DNA of 63,724 nucleotides, filler included, from Candidatus Zapsychrus exili (GTDB lineage Bacteria > Omnitrophota > Gorgyraeia > Zapsychrales > Zapsychraceae): NCBI GenBank assembly GCA_030765585.1. It is 5 parts of 5 records of this genome, joined end to end, with 100 filler letters (N's around TTAATTAATTAA, not from the genome) between each part and the next. Parts side by side here need not be neighbours in the genome. Positions count along the whole stretch, not along the records: positions 16,361 to 44,022 come from JAVCCJ010000043.1; 4 more parts are not named here. The stretch is one strand, 5' to 3'. Below the pieces are notes generated by a model. The model did no database searches. It was not told the DNA's origin and was given only the letters and a program-made list of their open reading frames with translations. Below are positions 20,258-30,539 of this stretch, in pieces (positions within the stretch are counted from its first letter, which is position 1; each line of letters starts with the position of its first letter). Both the position numbers and the translations under genes were made by a program.

Positions 20258-21199
20258 TTATCTTGTAGTTCCTTCAAATAAACAACTTATAGATTGTTCG
20301 TTATGTGTCCTCACAATAGCTTCGGCAAGTAAAGAGGCTATTGATACAACTTTTATTTTATCGATTTGTTTCTCTTTCACCAAAGGAATACTATCAGTAA
20401 TAACAACTTCCTTTAATGCCTTACACCCTTTTATTCTTTCAATAGCACTTCCTGAAAGAATTCCATGACTTACGGCAGCATACACATCTTTTGCTCCCTG
20501 TTTCTTTAAGGCCTCAATAGCTTCAATTAATGATCCAGCTGTTGCAATAATATCATCTACTATGACAACATTTTTATCTTTAACATCACCTAAGATATGC
20601 ATAACTTGTGTCTTTTCTGGGCTTTCTCTACGTTTATCAACAACAGCTAATCCAGCCTCAAGTTTTTTAGCATATGCTCTTGCCATCTTTGTTCCTCCAA
20701 CATCTGGAGCAACAACAACTAAGTCTTTAATTTCTTTGCTTATAAAATATCCACAAATATCATTAATTGCATATAAATGATCCACAGGTATATCAAAAAA
20801 TCCTTGAATCTGATTCGCATGCAAATCCATAGTTAATACTCTATGAGCTCCAGCTCCAGTAAGCAAATTAGCTACTAGTTTAGCTGTAATTGGAACTCGC
20901 GGTTGATCTTTTCTATCTTGACGAGCATATCCATAATATGGAACAACCGCTGTAATACGTTTGGCTGACGCCCTTCTTGCGGCATCAATTAAAATCAAAA
21001 GTTCCATCAAATTATCATTTGTTGGAGGACAAGTAGGCTGAACTATAAAAACATCTCTTCCTCTTATATTTTCTTTTAGTTCAACCCTAATTTCTCCCTC
21101 GCTAAATCTAGAAACAAGTACATCGGTTAAAGATATTTTTAAATGCTCACAAATATCTTCAGCTAATTTTTTGTTAGAATTTCCAGTAAAAACTTTCAT
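20258..21199 (-). CDS. prs: Ribose-phosphate pyrophosphokinase
   Basis: FSEGE, PYYGYARQDRK, DLHA, VDDIIATAGS. Confidence 0.97.
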   Translation of the reverse strand: MKVFTGNSNKKLAEDICEHLKISLTDVLVSRFSEGEIRVELKENIRGRDVFIVQPTCPPTNDNLMELLILIDAARRASAKRITAVVPYYGYARQDRKDQPRVPITAKLVANLLTGAGAHRVLTMDLHANQIQGFFDIPVDHLYAINDICGYFISKEIKDLVVVAPDVGGTKMARAYAKKLEAGLAVVDKRRESPEKTQVMHILGDVKDKNVVIVDDIIATAGSLIEAIEALKKQGAKDVYAAVSHGILSGSAIERIKGCKALKEVVITDSIPLVKEKQIDKIKVVSIASLLAEAIVRTHNEQSISCLFEGTTR

Positions 21200-21204
21200 T
21201 GACC

Positions 21205-22461
21205 TTACCTCTTCTTAAATATTATTCTAGCTGGAACACCAATGGCAATACCATTCTCTGGTATCGTTTTTCTTTTAGTTACCACGCTTCCAGCCGCTGT
21301 AATAGCATTTTTACCCACATTTACAGGTGATATAAGTATTGAATCAGAACCTATAAAAGCTCCATCTGCTATTTTTGTAGTATGTTTATTCTTTCCATCA
21401 AAATTAGCTGTAACCACGCCAGCTCCGATGTTAACATTCTTTCCTATGATTGCATCTCCGAGATAACTAAAATGCTTCATAAAAACTCCGCTTCCTATTT
21501 TAGACGCGGTAATCTCGGCAAAATTTCCTATCTCTACATTATTACTAATTCTTGTTCCTGGTCTAATACGAGCACAAGGCCCTATCAAACAATTGCTTCC
21601 TATGCGTACACCGCTTTCTATAAAAGTGCAAGGTCGTATAATAGTATTATTTCCTATCTTCACACCAGCGTCTATATAAGTAGTGTCAGGATCAACTATC
21701 GTAACTCCCTGCAGCATAAAATCATTTAGAATTCTTCGACGTATTATCTTGTTCGCTAAACTTAAATCTATTTTAGTGTTTATTCCTAAGCCTTCTTCCT
21801 CGTCCTCTGTCTCAACCGTTTCAACTTTTAATCCACCTTCAAAAAACACTTCAATTAAATCTGTAAGATAATACTCTTTTTTCTTTTTATTAAGCTTAAT
21901 ATCCTTTAAAGCACAAAATAATTTTTGAGAATCAAAACAATATACTCCAACATTTATCTCCCCAATGTCGCGTTCAAATCCTACAGCATCTTTGTCTTCT
22001 CGTATAGCAGAAACCTCTCCATCTTCTTTTCTAATAATCCTTCCATAGCCTCCTGGATCTTGACTAAAAGCTGTTAAAAAAGTACATACGGCATTGCTTT
22101 TTTTATGTCTACTAACCAACTTTTTTAAAGTTGCTTTTCTAAGTGCAGGAGCATCGCCACAAAGGACTATAACATCTCCCCTATATCCCTTAAAATTACG
22201 AGCTACACATCTTACAGCATCAGCTGTTCCAGAAAGATTAGATTGCTTTACAACAATCGCATCTTTTGGCAATTCTTTCTTGATCTCGTTAATCTTATGA
22301 CCAAGAACAACAAATGTTTTCAAAGATCCAATAGACTTAATCATGTCTAAAACATATTGAACAATAAACTTACCGCAAATTTTATGCAACACTTTAGGAG
22401 TCTCAGACTTCATTCTGGTACCCTTACCTGCTGCTAAAATAATCGCTCTTAAGTTTTTCAT
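21205..22461 (-). CDS. glmU: Bifunctional GlcNAc-1-P uridyltransferase/acetyltransferase
   Basis: LAAGKGTRMKS, GYGRI, EYYLTD, hexapeptide repeats, HFSYLGDA. Confidence 0.93.
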   Translation of the reverse strand: MKNLRAIILAAGKGTRMKSETPKVLHKICGKFIVQYVLDMIKSIGSLKTFVVLGHKINEIKKELPKDAIVVKQSNLSGTADAVRCVARNFKGYRGDVIVLCGDAPALRKATLKKLVSRHKKSNAVCTFLTAFSQDPGGYGRIIRKEDGEVSAIREDKDAVGFERDIGEINVGVYCFDSQKLFCALKDIKLNKKKKEYYLTDLIEVFFEGGLKVETVETEDEEEGLGINTKIDLSLANKIIRRRILNDFMLQGVTIVDPDTTYIDAGVKIGNNTIIRPCTFIESGVRIGSNCLIGPCARIRPGTRISNNVEIGNFAEITASKIGSGVFMKHFSYLGDAIIGKNVNIGAGVVTANFDGKNKHTTKIADGAFIGSDSILISPVNVGKNAITAAGSVVTKRKTIPENGIAIGVPARIIFKKR

Positions 22462-22517
22462 AGAACCAACCGTTCTAAATGTGTGGCTCCAAGACTAATC
22501 AGAGCCACATCAAAATA

Positions 22518-22589
22518 CTGCCCAGCCAGGACTCGAACCTGGAAAACGAGATCCAAATTCTCGTGTGTTGCCGATTACACCACCGGGCA
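22518..22589 (-). tRNA. tRNA-Gln(UUG), CCA not encoded
   Basis: TGCCCGG TGGTGTAATCGGCAACAC A CGAGA-ATTTGGA-TCTCG ... CCAGGTTCGAGTCCTGG CTGGGCA G. Confidence 0.92.
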
Positions 22590-22640
22590 AAACACTTTTT
22601 ACAATATCTTTATATATTAAACTTTAGCTTCAGATGAAGG

Positions 22641-23012
22641 TTATTTGGAGGCTTCTTTTTCATATGCTTCCAAAACTTTAATTTGCAAATATTCACGAAA
22701 CTTCTGAGTTATCGGATGTGCGATATCCCGATGTTCAGCCTTTGCATCTATATTCTTCTCTTTAAGCTCATTTACTTCAATTGATTGACCACAATTATTG
22801 CAAAATCTAGATCCTGTTTCATTTCTGGATCCACATTTAGAGCATGGAAATTTCATCTTCCTCGACGGCATAGCAATAAAAAATCCATCTGCTCCTTGTA
22901 TTACTTTGATGTTTCTTACTACAAAAGAGTCATCAAGCGTTACTGTTGTATAAGCCTTCAACTTCTTGTCTTGACCTTCTCTTAGAAATACACGAACTTC
23001 TGTAATTTCCAT
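22641..23012 (-). CDS. spoVG: SpoVG family protein with zinc-ribbon insertion
   Basis: MEITEVRVF, KLKAY, FIAMPSRK, DIAHPI; insert CSKC...CNNCG. Confidence 0.9.
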   Translation of the reverse strand: MEITEVRVFLREGQDKKLKAYTTVTLDDSFVVRNIKVIQGADGFFIAMPSRKMKFPCSKCGSRNETGSRFCNNCGQSIEVNELKEKNIDAKAEHRDIAHPITQKFREYLQIKVLEAYEKEASK

Positions 23013-23028
23013 GGCAGAGCTCCTTGTT

Positions 23029-23886
23029 TTAAAGAGTCTTAGCAATAAATACTTGACTAAATCTTTTATTTAAAATAGATTGTGCCGTAGCTGCTTTCTT
23101 CTTAGACTCAAATATCCCAAAGACACATGGACCGCTTCCAGATACCATAACCCCTTTAGCGCCCAATGACTTAAGCCTTTCCTTAATTTTTAATAATTTT
23201 GGACAAAGGCTAAAAATACTCCGTTCTAAATCATTAATCAACAATCGATTAATACGTGACAAATTGCTTTTTTTTAAATCACGAATGAGAATACTAGCAT
23301 TATCCTTTGTCTTTGTCAACTGCAATTTAAATGCCCCATAAACTTGTCCAGAGTACAGTTTTATGCGTGGTACTACTAATATATGATATAGTTTTGTATT
23401 AATATTTATCTTTTTTATTACATCGCCTTTTTTGCTTCCCTTGCCCCAAGTGATACCATGCAAGAAAAATGGCACATCACTACCTATTTTACGCGCATAA
23501 TTCAATAATTGACTGCTAGATAGCCCTAATTTCCACAACTTATTTAAGCCCAAAAGCGCTGTTGCAGCATTACTTGAACCCCCACCTAAGCCTGCAGCCA
23601 CAGGAATATTCTTTTTTATATCAATATGCACGCCTTTATTAAGACTAAAATCTTCTTGTAAAACCTTGGCGCACTTATACATAAGGTTTTTAGGACCCTT
23701 TGGAACAAATGGATGATTACAACTAATACTTATCTTCTTATCTTCTTTTAAAGACATACTTATATAATCGCAAAGATCTATACGTTCAAAAATGGTAGAG
23801 ATATTATGATATCCATCTGGTCTTTTATTTAAAACTTTAAGAAAAAGATTTAATTTGGCAGGTGACTTTAAGTTAAAGCTTCTCAT
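23029..23886 (-). CDS. ispE: 4-diphosphocytidyl-2-C-methyl-D-erythritol kinase
   Basis: PAKLNLFL, IPVAAGLGGGSSNAA, GSDVPFF, SGSGP. Confidence 0.96.
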   Translation of the reverse strand: MRSFNLKSPAKLNLFLKVLNKRPDGYHNISTIFERIDLCDYISMSLKEDKKISISCNHPFVPKGPKNLMYKCAKVLQEDFSLNKGVHIDIKKNIPVAAGLGGGSSNAATALLGLNKLWKLGLSSSQLLNYARKIGSDVPFFLHGITWGKGSKKGDVIKKININTKLYHILVVPRIKLYSGQVYGAFKLQLTKTKDNASILIRDLKKSNLSRINRLLINDLERSIFSLCPKLLKIKERLKSLGAKGVMVSGSGPCVFGIFESKKKAATAQSILNKRFSQVFIAKTL

Positions 23887-23919
23887 AGATTGATAGGTAG
23901 GATTCGTTTATAAAATTAT

Positions 23920-24918
23920 CTAGCGACTAACTTTTGCGTTCTTAATCTCGTTTAATTTATCAATAACATCCGCTTGTTCTGGGAAAAGCTCTAGCGATGC
24001 CTCCCAATTTTTAATAGCTTCTTCTGTATTATTCATTTTTGCATAAACATCGCCAATATGAGAATATATAATAGGATCTTTTAAAATTTGGATTGCCTGG
24101 CGCAAAAGCTCAAGAGCTTCGTTATTCATGCCTTTTTTAAAATAAACCCAACCTAAACTATCTAAATAAGCTACATTATCAGGGTCTATATCTAAGGCTC
24201 GTTTAATAAAACCCAAAGCCTCCTCTAAATTCATATCATTCTCTGCGTAAAGATATCCTAAAGTATTTAAACTGCCATCATGAAATGGATTAGTTTCTAT
24301 TGATTTCTTTAGAATTTCAATAGCCTTATCTTTTTCTGCCATCTCGACATATAAGGCACCTAAAATATACATTATATCTGCATTTTCAGGCTCTATCAAA
24401 ATGATTCTTTCAAACTGTTTAGCTGCTTTATCATATTTTCTTTGAGAATAATAAAGCTGTCCCAGATAACCATAGATTTCTATATTCTTCGGCTCTGCTT
24501 CTGAAAACTTTGTCAAAACTATTTCGTATTCTTGGGCTGCTTTATCATATTTTTTCAAAGATGAATAAATAACAGCTAACAAATAATGCGCCTGCACATC
24601 CTCATCATTATATTTACTCGCAAGATTTAATTCATCAATAGCCTCGGAAAGCATATTTAATCTTGCATACCCTGTTCCTAATCTCAAATGTATAAGATGA
24701 TTATTCTTATTAAATTGAGCTGCCTGTTCATATTCTAAAACAGCGCCTTTAGTATTCCCAACAAGGTCATAAATGTATCCCATAGTATAGTGAGACAATC
24801 CTTTTGCGGTTGCCACTTTTTCGGGATAAACAAATCCATAGCAAGGATGAGAAAACGACAATAATACAATTAAAGCCCCAAGACTTGCTATAAATTTAAT
24901 AATTTTAAGTTCTCGCAT
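23920..24918 (-). CDS. Exported TPR-repeat protein
   Basis: Signal-like N-terminus, multiple TPRs, LNTLGYLYAE and YLDSLGWVYFK. Confidence 0.88.
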   Translation of the reverse strand: MRELKIIKFIASLGALIVLLSFSHPCYGFVYPEKVATAKGLSHYTMGYIYDLVGNTKGAVLEYEQAAQFNKNNHLIHLRLGTGYARLNMLSEAIDELNLASKYNDEDVQAHYLLAVIYSSLKKYDKAAQEYEIVLTKFSEAEPKNIEIYGYLGQLYYSQRKYDKAAKQFERIILIEPENADIMYILGALYVEMAEKDKAIEILKKSIETNPFHDGSLNTLGYLYAENDMNLEEALGFIKRALDIDPDNVAYLDSLGWVYFKKGMNNEALELLRQAIQILKDPIIYSHIGDVYAKMNNTEEAIKNWEASLELFPEQADVIDKLNEIKNAKVSR

Positions 24919-24962
24919 ACATGCTCCAAAATTTAAGCCAAAACTTTATTCTAAAGTTTAAA

Positions 24963-25064
24963 TTAACGAGTCTTGCGCTTCTTAAGATGTCTCAATGACT
25001 TTCTTAATTTCTTGCGTTTGTGCGTTGCTATTTTGCGACTTTTTCTTTTTTTACCACAAGGCAT
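24963..25064 (-). CDS. Small basic ribosomal protein bS22 / AURKAIP1-COX24 (DUF1713) family
   Basis: Hand translation MPCGKKRKSRKIATHKRKKLRKSLRHLKKRKTR (33 aa), SD AAGGAAG; not in ORF track. Confidence 0.8.
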   Translation of the reverse strand: MPCGKKRKSRKIATHKRKKLRKSLRHLKKRKTR

Positions 25065-25079
25065 AAAACTTCCTTTTTG

Positions 25080-25955
25080 TTAATATATTAATTTATTTAA
25101 CGGATATTCAATTATTCCCTGAGCTCCAACATTCTTAAGCTTAGGAAGTAACATTCTTACGGTTCCCTCGTCGATGACTGTCTCAACGGCAAGCCATTTC
25201 TTATTACTTAACTGTGATATAGTAGGATTTTTAACAGCGGTTAAAATATTCAAAACCTTAGCAAGATTTTTTTCTTCAATATTCATCTTTAACCCAACCA
25301 TATTATTTGCAGCGATTGCACCACGAAGAAGCATTGCTATTTGCTCCATCTTCTTCTTTTTCCAAGGATCTTTTATCGCCTTCTTACTTGCAATAAATTG
25401 TGTTGTTGATTCGCATATAGTATCTACTATTCTTAATTTATGCGCTCTTATACTACTTCCAGTCTCAGTTAACTCAACAACAGCATCTACAAGACCATCA
25501 GCAACTTTTGCTTCTGTTGCGCCCCAACTAAACTCAACCTCTGCTTTTATTTTATTCTTCTTTAAATACTGTTTTGTAACATTAACTACTTCTGTTGCAA
25601 TCTTTTTTCCTTTTAAATCTTTTACAGATTTTATATTAGACTTTTCAGGAACAGCCAAAACCCACCTAACCTTTACAGCGCTTTGTTTTGCATAAACTAA
25701 ATCAGCTAAAGAAACAACTTTAGACCCATTCTCTAAAATCCAATCAGCACCAGTTATGCCACAATCAAGAGCCTCTTCCTCGACGTACCTAGACATTTCT
25801 TGTGCGCGCAACAATACTGGCTCTATCTCAGCATCGTCAATTGTCGGAAAATATGAACGGCCAGAGACATAAATCTTAAATCCAGCTTTTTCAAAAACTT
25901 TTACAGTTGCGTCTTGTAGGCTTCCTTTTGGTAAACCTAATTTTAACTTTTTCAT
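25080..25955 (-). CDS. hisG: ATP phosphoribosyltransferase (long form)
   Basis: LPKGSL, RAQEM, DCGITGADW, GATE, ETGSS, C-terminal regulatory domain. Confidence 0.95.
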   Translation of the reverse strand: MKKLKLGLPKGSLQDATVKVFEKAGFKIYVSGRSYFPTIDDAEIEPVLLRAQEMSRYVEEEALDCGITGADWILENGSKVVSLADLVYAKQSAVKVRWVLAVPEKSNIKSVKDLKGKKIATEVVNVTKQYLKKNKIKAEVEFSWGATEAKVADGLVDAVVELTETGSSIRAHKLRIVDTICESTTQFIASKKAIKDPWKKKKMEQIAMLLRGAIAANNMVGLKMNIEEKNLAKVLNILTAVKNPTISQLSNKKWLAVETVIDEGTVRMLLPKLKNVGAQGIIEYPLNKLIY

Positions 25956-26139
25956 ATTTGAATTCCTTTTTCTTTATAAAATAAAAGTTTAATATATATA
26001 CTATCTAAGCATAATACTTGCTTAATCTAAAGACAAGCAGTGTATTATAGCTGCGGTCTTGTAGGTTGTAAAGTTTTTTATGAGCATCCTAAATAAATAC
26101 TTCAGAAACGCTGTTATGCCCCCAATATAGGAAAACTGC

Positions 26140-26168
26140 TTGCCAAAGGCAATTTTCGAATATATAAT
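26140..26168 (+). promoter_or_regulatory. Putative sigma70 promoter
   Basis: TTGCCA-17 nt-TATAAT, upstream of SD AAGGAG and ATG 26219. Confidence 0.6.
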
Positions 26169-26218
26169 CATCCCTAATATTAAAAGCTATATTAATTTAA
26201 CTCTTTAAAGGAGCTCAA

Positions 26219-27721
26219 ATGTTAAAAATACTACGTAAAAAAGGTGTAGTGAAAAAAGTTATATGGGTAATAATCATTTTTATAATATTCGCCTTTGGGT
26301 TTGGAGGTACGGCATATCTACTAAAAGATAGTAGCAAGACGAGCTATGCAGGAAAAATATTTGGAGAAAAGATTTCATTTGATACGTTTGAATCAGCTTA
26401 CCGAAAAGTTGTTATCCAATCAATGATTCGTTATGGCGATGACTTCAACAAAATAAAACCAATGCTTAATCTTGAATCTGAGGCATGGGATCTTCTTATC
26501 CTGCTTCATGAAGCAAAAAAACAAAAAATTAAAGTATCAGATGATGAGACAAAACATTCCATTATGCAATACCCATTCTTTATAAGGGAAAACAAATTTG
26601 ACCCTAAGCTTTACAATGACATACTTCGTTTTATTTTTCGCATAAAACCAAGGGAATTTGAAGAAAACGCTAGAGATTCCTTAAAAGTGCAAAAACTTTT
26701 TAACAAACAAACTCTATCGCTTGTCCTAACAGAGGAAGATGTCTATAAGACATACAAGAAACAAAACGAAAAAGTTCAAATAAGCTACGTATTTGTATCT
26801 CCTGAAAACTTTAAAGACAAAACAACATATAACGAAGAGCAAGCTAAACAATATTATTTAGAAAATAAGAATGACTTTCTTATGCCTCCGTCTTTAAACG
26901 TCTCCTATATTTCATTTGATTTTCCTACTAACCCTGAGAGCGAAGAAAATCTAGAAACACAAAAAGATGCCGTAAGAGAAACTGCATTTGAAATATTTGG
27001 AAATATTGATCCGAGTTCTAATATCAATCAAATAGCTCTAGGCAATAAACTAGATATAAAAGAAACGGGATTTCTTAGCACAGACAAACCAAACTTATCT
27101 TTAGGCTGGTCATATGAGACTCTTAATAAAATATTCTCGCTAGGGAATAATGAAATATACGGCCCATTTGAAAATAATAAAGGCATATACATTGCTGAAA
27201 TAGCAGAAAGAAAAGAAGCTTACATACCAAGCTATGAAGATGTAAAAGAAAAATCTAAAGAAAAAGTATTGATTGAAGAATCAAGAAAAATTGCAAAAGA
27301 TAAAACATTGTCGTATATAGAATCAATTAAGGAAGAATTTAACAAAACAAAACTAAAAAACTTTAACAAAACAGCCAAAGAGCTAGGATTGGAAATTCAT
27401 CAAACTCCTGTATTTAGCCGAGGAGAATATTTGCCTACAATTGGAATTTCTAAAGCATTTCAAAATCAAGCCTTTGACCTAGATGAACTAAGCAAACTTA
27501 GTGGGGTTGTTGAGGTTAAAAAAGGGTTTTGTATTCTTTATCTAGATTCGTACCTACCAATAGATACGAAAAAATATAGCAGAGAAAAAGATGCATTTTA
27601 TAAAGAAGTTTTAAATGAAGAAAGTGGAAAGATATTTAATAACTTTTTAACATACTTAAGACTTCAAGCAAAACTAGAAGACAATATTTCAAAGCTTAAA
27701 GAGCAGGCAAAGGATAAATAA
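26219..27721 (+). CDS. PpiD/SurA-N-domain membrane-anchored periplasmic chaperone
   Basis: MLKILRK + N-terminal TM, PFF..ENKFD..Y, parvulin-like AFDL..LSGVVEV. Confidence 0.8.
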   Translation: MLKILRKKGVVKKVIWVIIIFIIFAFGFGGTAYLLKDSSKTSYAGKIFGEKISFDTFESAYRKVVIQSMIRYGDDFNKIKPMLNLESEAWDLLILLHEAKKQKIKVSDDETKHSIMQYPFFIRENKFDPKLYNDILRFIFRIKPREFEENARDSLKVQKLFNKQTLSLVLTEEDVYKTYKKQNEKVQISYVFVSPENFKDKTTYNEEQAKQYYLENKNDFLMPPSLNVSYISFDFPTNPESEENLETQKDAVRETAFEIFGNIDPSSNINQIALGNKLDIKETGFLSTDKPNLSLGWSYETLNKIFSLGNNEIYGPFENNKGIYIAEIAERKEAYIPSYEDVKEKSKEKVLIEESRKIAKDKTLSYIESIKEEFNKTKLKNFNKTAKELGLEIHQTPVFSRGEYLPTIGISKAFQNQAFDLDELSKLSGVVEVKKGFCILYLDSYLPIDTKKYSREKDAFYKEVLNEESGKIFNNFLTYLRLQAKLEDNISKLKEQAKDK

Positions 27722-27724
27722 ATC

Positions 27725-28231
27725 CTATTCTTCTAGTAATATACTTTCATAATTATCAGGAATTCCGTGTTCAGAAGCTTTAATTATACCATTTTTATTC
27801 ACAAAATAAAAAGTTGGTAATCCTACTATTCCGTATACTTCAGATAACACCCCTTCTGTGTCCAAGAAAACATCGTAATCTATATTATTTCCCTCAACAT
27901 ATGATTTAACCTGAGACTTTGATTCTCCTAGGTCTACCAATACAATCTCTATATTCTTTTCTTTTAATTCTTGTTTTTGTTCACTTAAAATCTTTATTTG
28001 AGTCCTGCAATGAGGACACCATGTGGCCCAGAAAAATATAATCGTACTTTTCCCATCTCTATACTCTGAAAAAGTCTTGCTTACTCCAGACAATGTTTCT
28101 AACTTAAAATCTGGAGCCTGTTCTCCAATTAAAGGATTTGTAAAGAATTGGAACTGAGCTTGAGCAAATGCCGAACTCAGAATTAAAACAAAAACTATAA
28201 TTGATATACCTAACTTAAAGAATGATTTCAT
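27725..28231 (-). CDS. TlpA/ResA-family exported thioredoxin
   Basis: Signal peptide, APDFKL, FWATWCPHC, GLPT. Confidence 0.9.
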   Translation of the reverse strand: MKSFFKLGISIIVFVLILSSAFAQAQFQFFTNPLIGEQAPDFKLETLSGVSKTFSEYRDGKSTIIFFWATWCPHCRTQIKILSEQKQELKEKNIEIVLVDLGESKSQVKSYVEGNNIDYDVFLDTEGVLSEVYGIVGLPTFYFVNKNGIIKASEHGIPDNYESILLEE

Positions 28232-28254
28232 TTTTACTTCCTTTCGAGATACGT

Positions 28255-28569
28255 TTATTTTCTGATTGAATCATTTATCCAATCCAAATAATCCTTATTG
28301 CCATTGATAATTGGTATCGCTATTATTTCCGGAACATCATAACTGTGTTGTGCTTTAACTTCTTCTACGATTTCCTGGAAACAATCTTCTTTTGTTTTCA
28401 TAATAAGAAGAGCCTCATCTTCTTTTGAGACTTTACCTTCCCACCAAAAAATTGAAGATATCTTGTCTACAATATTTACACAAGCGACAAGTTTCTTTTC
28501 TATCAATAAATCAGATATTTTTTTTGCCTCTTTTCTATCTTTTGTAGTAACAAATACAACTATATACAT
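28255..28569 (-). CDS. cutA: Divalent-cation tolerance protein CutA
   Basis: LVACVNI, SIFWWEGK, HSYDVPEII, YLDWI. Confidence 0.95.
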   Translation of the reverse strand: MYIVVFVTTKDRKEAKKISDLLIEKKLVACVNIVDKISSIFWWEGKVSKEDEALLIMKTKEDCFQEIVEEVKAQHSYDVPEIIAIPIINGNKDYLDWINDSIRK

Positions 28570-28571
28570 TT

Positions 28572-29273
28572 TTATTCCTTTATCATCATAAGTGATATCA
28601 TTCTTCCTTTGTCAACATCTCCACCACGAAAAGAAAAATAGTTTTGGGACTTAAAAGTACAAATCCCGCAATCAAATATATTGTCCTCTTTAACTCCCAA
28701 TTTTAAAGCCTGATTCTTATTTGCTTGAGCAAGATCAAAATAATATTTATCACCCTTTTTAACTACCTCTTCATCAAAATATTTTTTAAAACTCTGCTCG
28801 ACGTCGCAAGAGTCAACTCTTATTGCAGGTCCAAATGCCATTTTTATATCATGTGGTTCAGTTTTCCATTCCTTACTCATTAGGCTCAACGTCTCTTTTA
28901 TTATTTCTTTATGCGTGCTCCTCCAACCTGCATGAATAATACCTACAACTTCGTGTGCTGGACTATACACAAAAACAGGAAGACAATCGGCAGTCCTAAT
29001 TGCAATTGGAACATTTTTTAAGTCTGTTATAATTGCATCCGCTTCTTCTGCTCTATACTTATCTACCTTTTCATCAACCAAAACGACACGATTGCCATGC
29101 ACTTGTCTTATATTAACAACAGCAGGCACATCGAATCCCAACTTAACAGATAAGTATTTTTTTTGATCTTCGCTTAAATCACCTTGATCTTCGCTTAAAA
29201 AGAAATCCATCTCATTTGTGCCAACAAACGCAAGTATGTTCTCTGGAAAAAAATTACTGAAAAGATTATTCAT
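28572..29273 (-). CDS. pgeF: PgeF/YfiH family (laccase-domain, purine nucleoside phosphorylase-like) protein
   Basis: QVHG, ADAIIT, TADCLPV, HAGWR, CT..YFSFR. Confidence 0.92.
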   Translation of the reverse strand: MNNLFSNFFPENILAFVGTNEMDFFLSEDQGDLSEDQKKYLSVKLGFDVPAVVNIRQVHGNRVVLVDEKVDKYRAEEADAIITDLKNVPIAIRTADCLPVFVYSPAHEVVGIIHAGWRSTHKEIIKETLSLMSKEWKTEPHDIKMAFGPAIRVDSCDVEQSFKKYFDEEVVKKGDKYYFDLAQANKNQALKLGVKEDNIFDCGICTFKSQNYFSFRGGDVDKGRMISLMMIKE

Positions 29274-30336
29274 CTAAATCCTCTGCCACATCAATAACAT
29301 CTTCACTATCGTTTGAAATAAGACCATTACCGCTTTTACACTCTTCTATATGTCTTATTTTTGTATCAATACTCTTAAAGTTTTTGTTCTTTACATCTTG
29401 GTAAGATTCATCCAATTTTTTTATTTTATCGCCAATACCTTCAAACCTAGTTTTAAAATTACCATAATATTTCATAAATAAATTAATATGCCCTATGATT
29501 TTCTTAAGATCTTTTTCAAATCTAAAATTCTCATAAGCTTGACGAATAACACTTAACATAGCATAGAGAGTAAAAGGAGAACATAAGACTACCTTTTGCT
29601 TTAATGACTCATCCATAAGCTCAGGCATTTTTTCTTGTATTATTCCAAAAACTTGTTCATTAGGGATAAAAAGAAGCACAAAATCTAACGTATTCTCTGC
29701 TGGATTTATATATTCTCTGTCCTGTATCTCTTTAATTCTTTCCTTAACGTTTTTCTTAAACTCTTTCTCAAATCTTTCTTTTTCACCTATCACTTCTGTA
29801 TTAACCATCTTCAAATAATTATCCAAAGGGAACTTTACATCCATATTAACAATATGTTCATCTGGTAAAAGAAATGTGTAGTCAGGCTTCGTAGTAGAAT
29901 GTTCAAGTTGCTTCTGTTTTCTATAATTTATTCCTTCTATTAAGCCTGCATTACGTATGATATCTTCGGCCATTCTCTCTCCCCACTGACCACGAAGCTT
30001 TACATTGCCTAAGATATCGTTAAGTTTATTTGTAGTTTCCTGCAATTTTGATGTATTCTGCGACGCATTCTTTAATTCATTCTCTAAATTCCCATATTTC
30101 TTATCACGATCTTGCTCAAATTCCCGAATTAACTTTTCATATTTATCCAACTGCTCTTTAAGACTTACAACTGTGCCATCAACAGCCTGTTTTCTCGTCT
30201 CTAACTCAGTTACAGACTTCTGTTGTTCCAAAGCAAACTTATCCTCCATTTGCTTTTTAACCACCAAAACTATTACAATTGCCGCTACAATATTAAACAA
30301 TGAAATCGCTATAAGAATAAAAATTAAATTATTCAT
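29266..30336 (-). CDS. rmuC: DNA recombination protein RmuC
   Basis: N-terminal TM + coiled coil, RGQWGE, KPD, DVKFP, LFIPNE, SPFTL. Confidence 0.92.
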   Translation of the reverse strand: MNNLIFILIAISLFNIVAAIVIVLVVKKQMEDKFALEQQKSVTELETRKQAVDGTVVSLKEQLDKYEKLIREFEQDRDKKYGNLENELKNASQNTSKLQETTNKLNDILGNVKLRGQWGERMAEDIIRNAGLIEGINYRKQKQLEHSTTKPDYTFLLPDEHIVNMDVKFPLDNYLKMVNTEVIGEKERFEKEFKKNVKERIKEIQDREYINPAENTLDFVLLFIPNEQVFGIIQEKMPELMDESLKQKVVLCSPFTLYAMLSVIRQAYENFRFEKDLKKIIGHINLFMKYYGNFKTRFEGIGDKIKKLDESYQDVKNKNFKSIDTKIRHIEECKSGNGLISNDSEDVIDVAEDLDE

Positions 30337-30348
30337 AAAAACTCTACC

Positions 30349-30498
30349 TTACCCTTCTTTCTTCTCTAATAGCTTAATAATTTTGTTTAAACGAGCTATC
30401 ACGATAAGAGGAACTAATATAACCCACATAATCATAAAAGCTTTCACCCCAAAAAAACATGCCATATATAAAGCTTTGTCTGTAAACGGACACATCAT
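30349..30498 (-). CDS. Small membrane protein (49 aa), unknown function
   Basis: MMCPFTDKALYMACFFGVKAFMIMWVILVPLIVIARLNKIIKLLEKKEG; SD GAGGG; fills nth-rmuC gap; not in ORF track. Confidence 0.65.
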   Translation of the reverse strand: MMCPFTDKALYMACFFGVKAFMIMWVILVPLIVIARLNKIIKLLEKKEG

Positions 30499-30539
30499 GA
30501 TTGCACCCTCCTATTAGTATTAATATAATTTATCTTAAG

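Noticed and set aside
22518..22589. tRNA as an integration site
   Set aside because: Flanked by core genes spoVG and glmU, no integrase or duplicated 3' end
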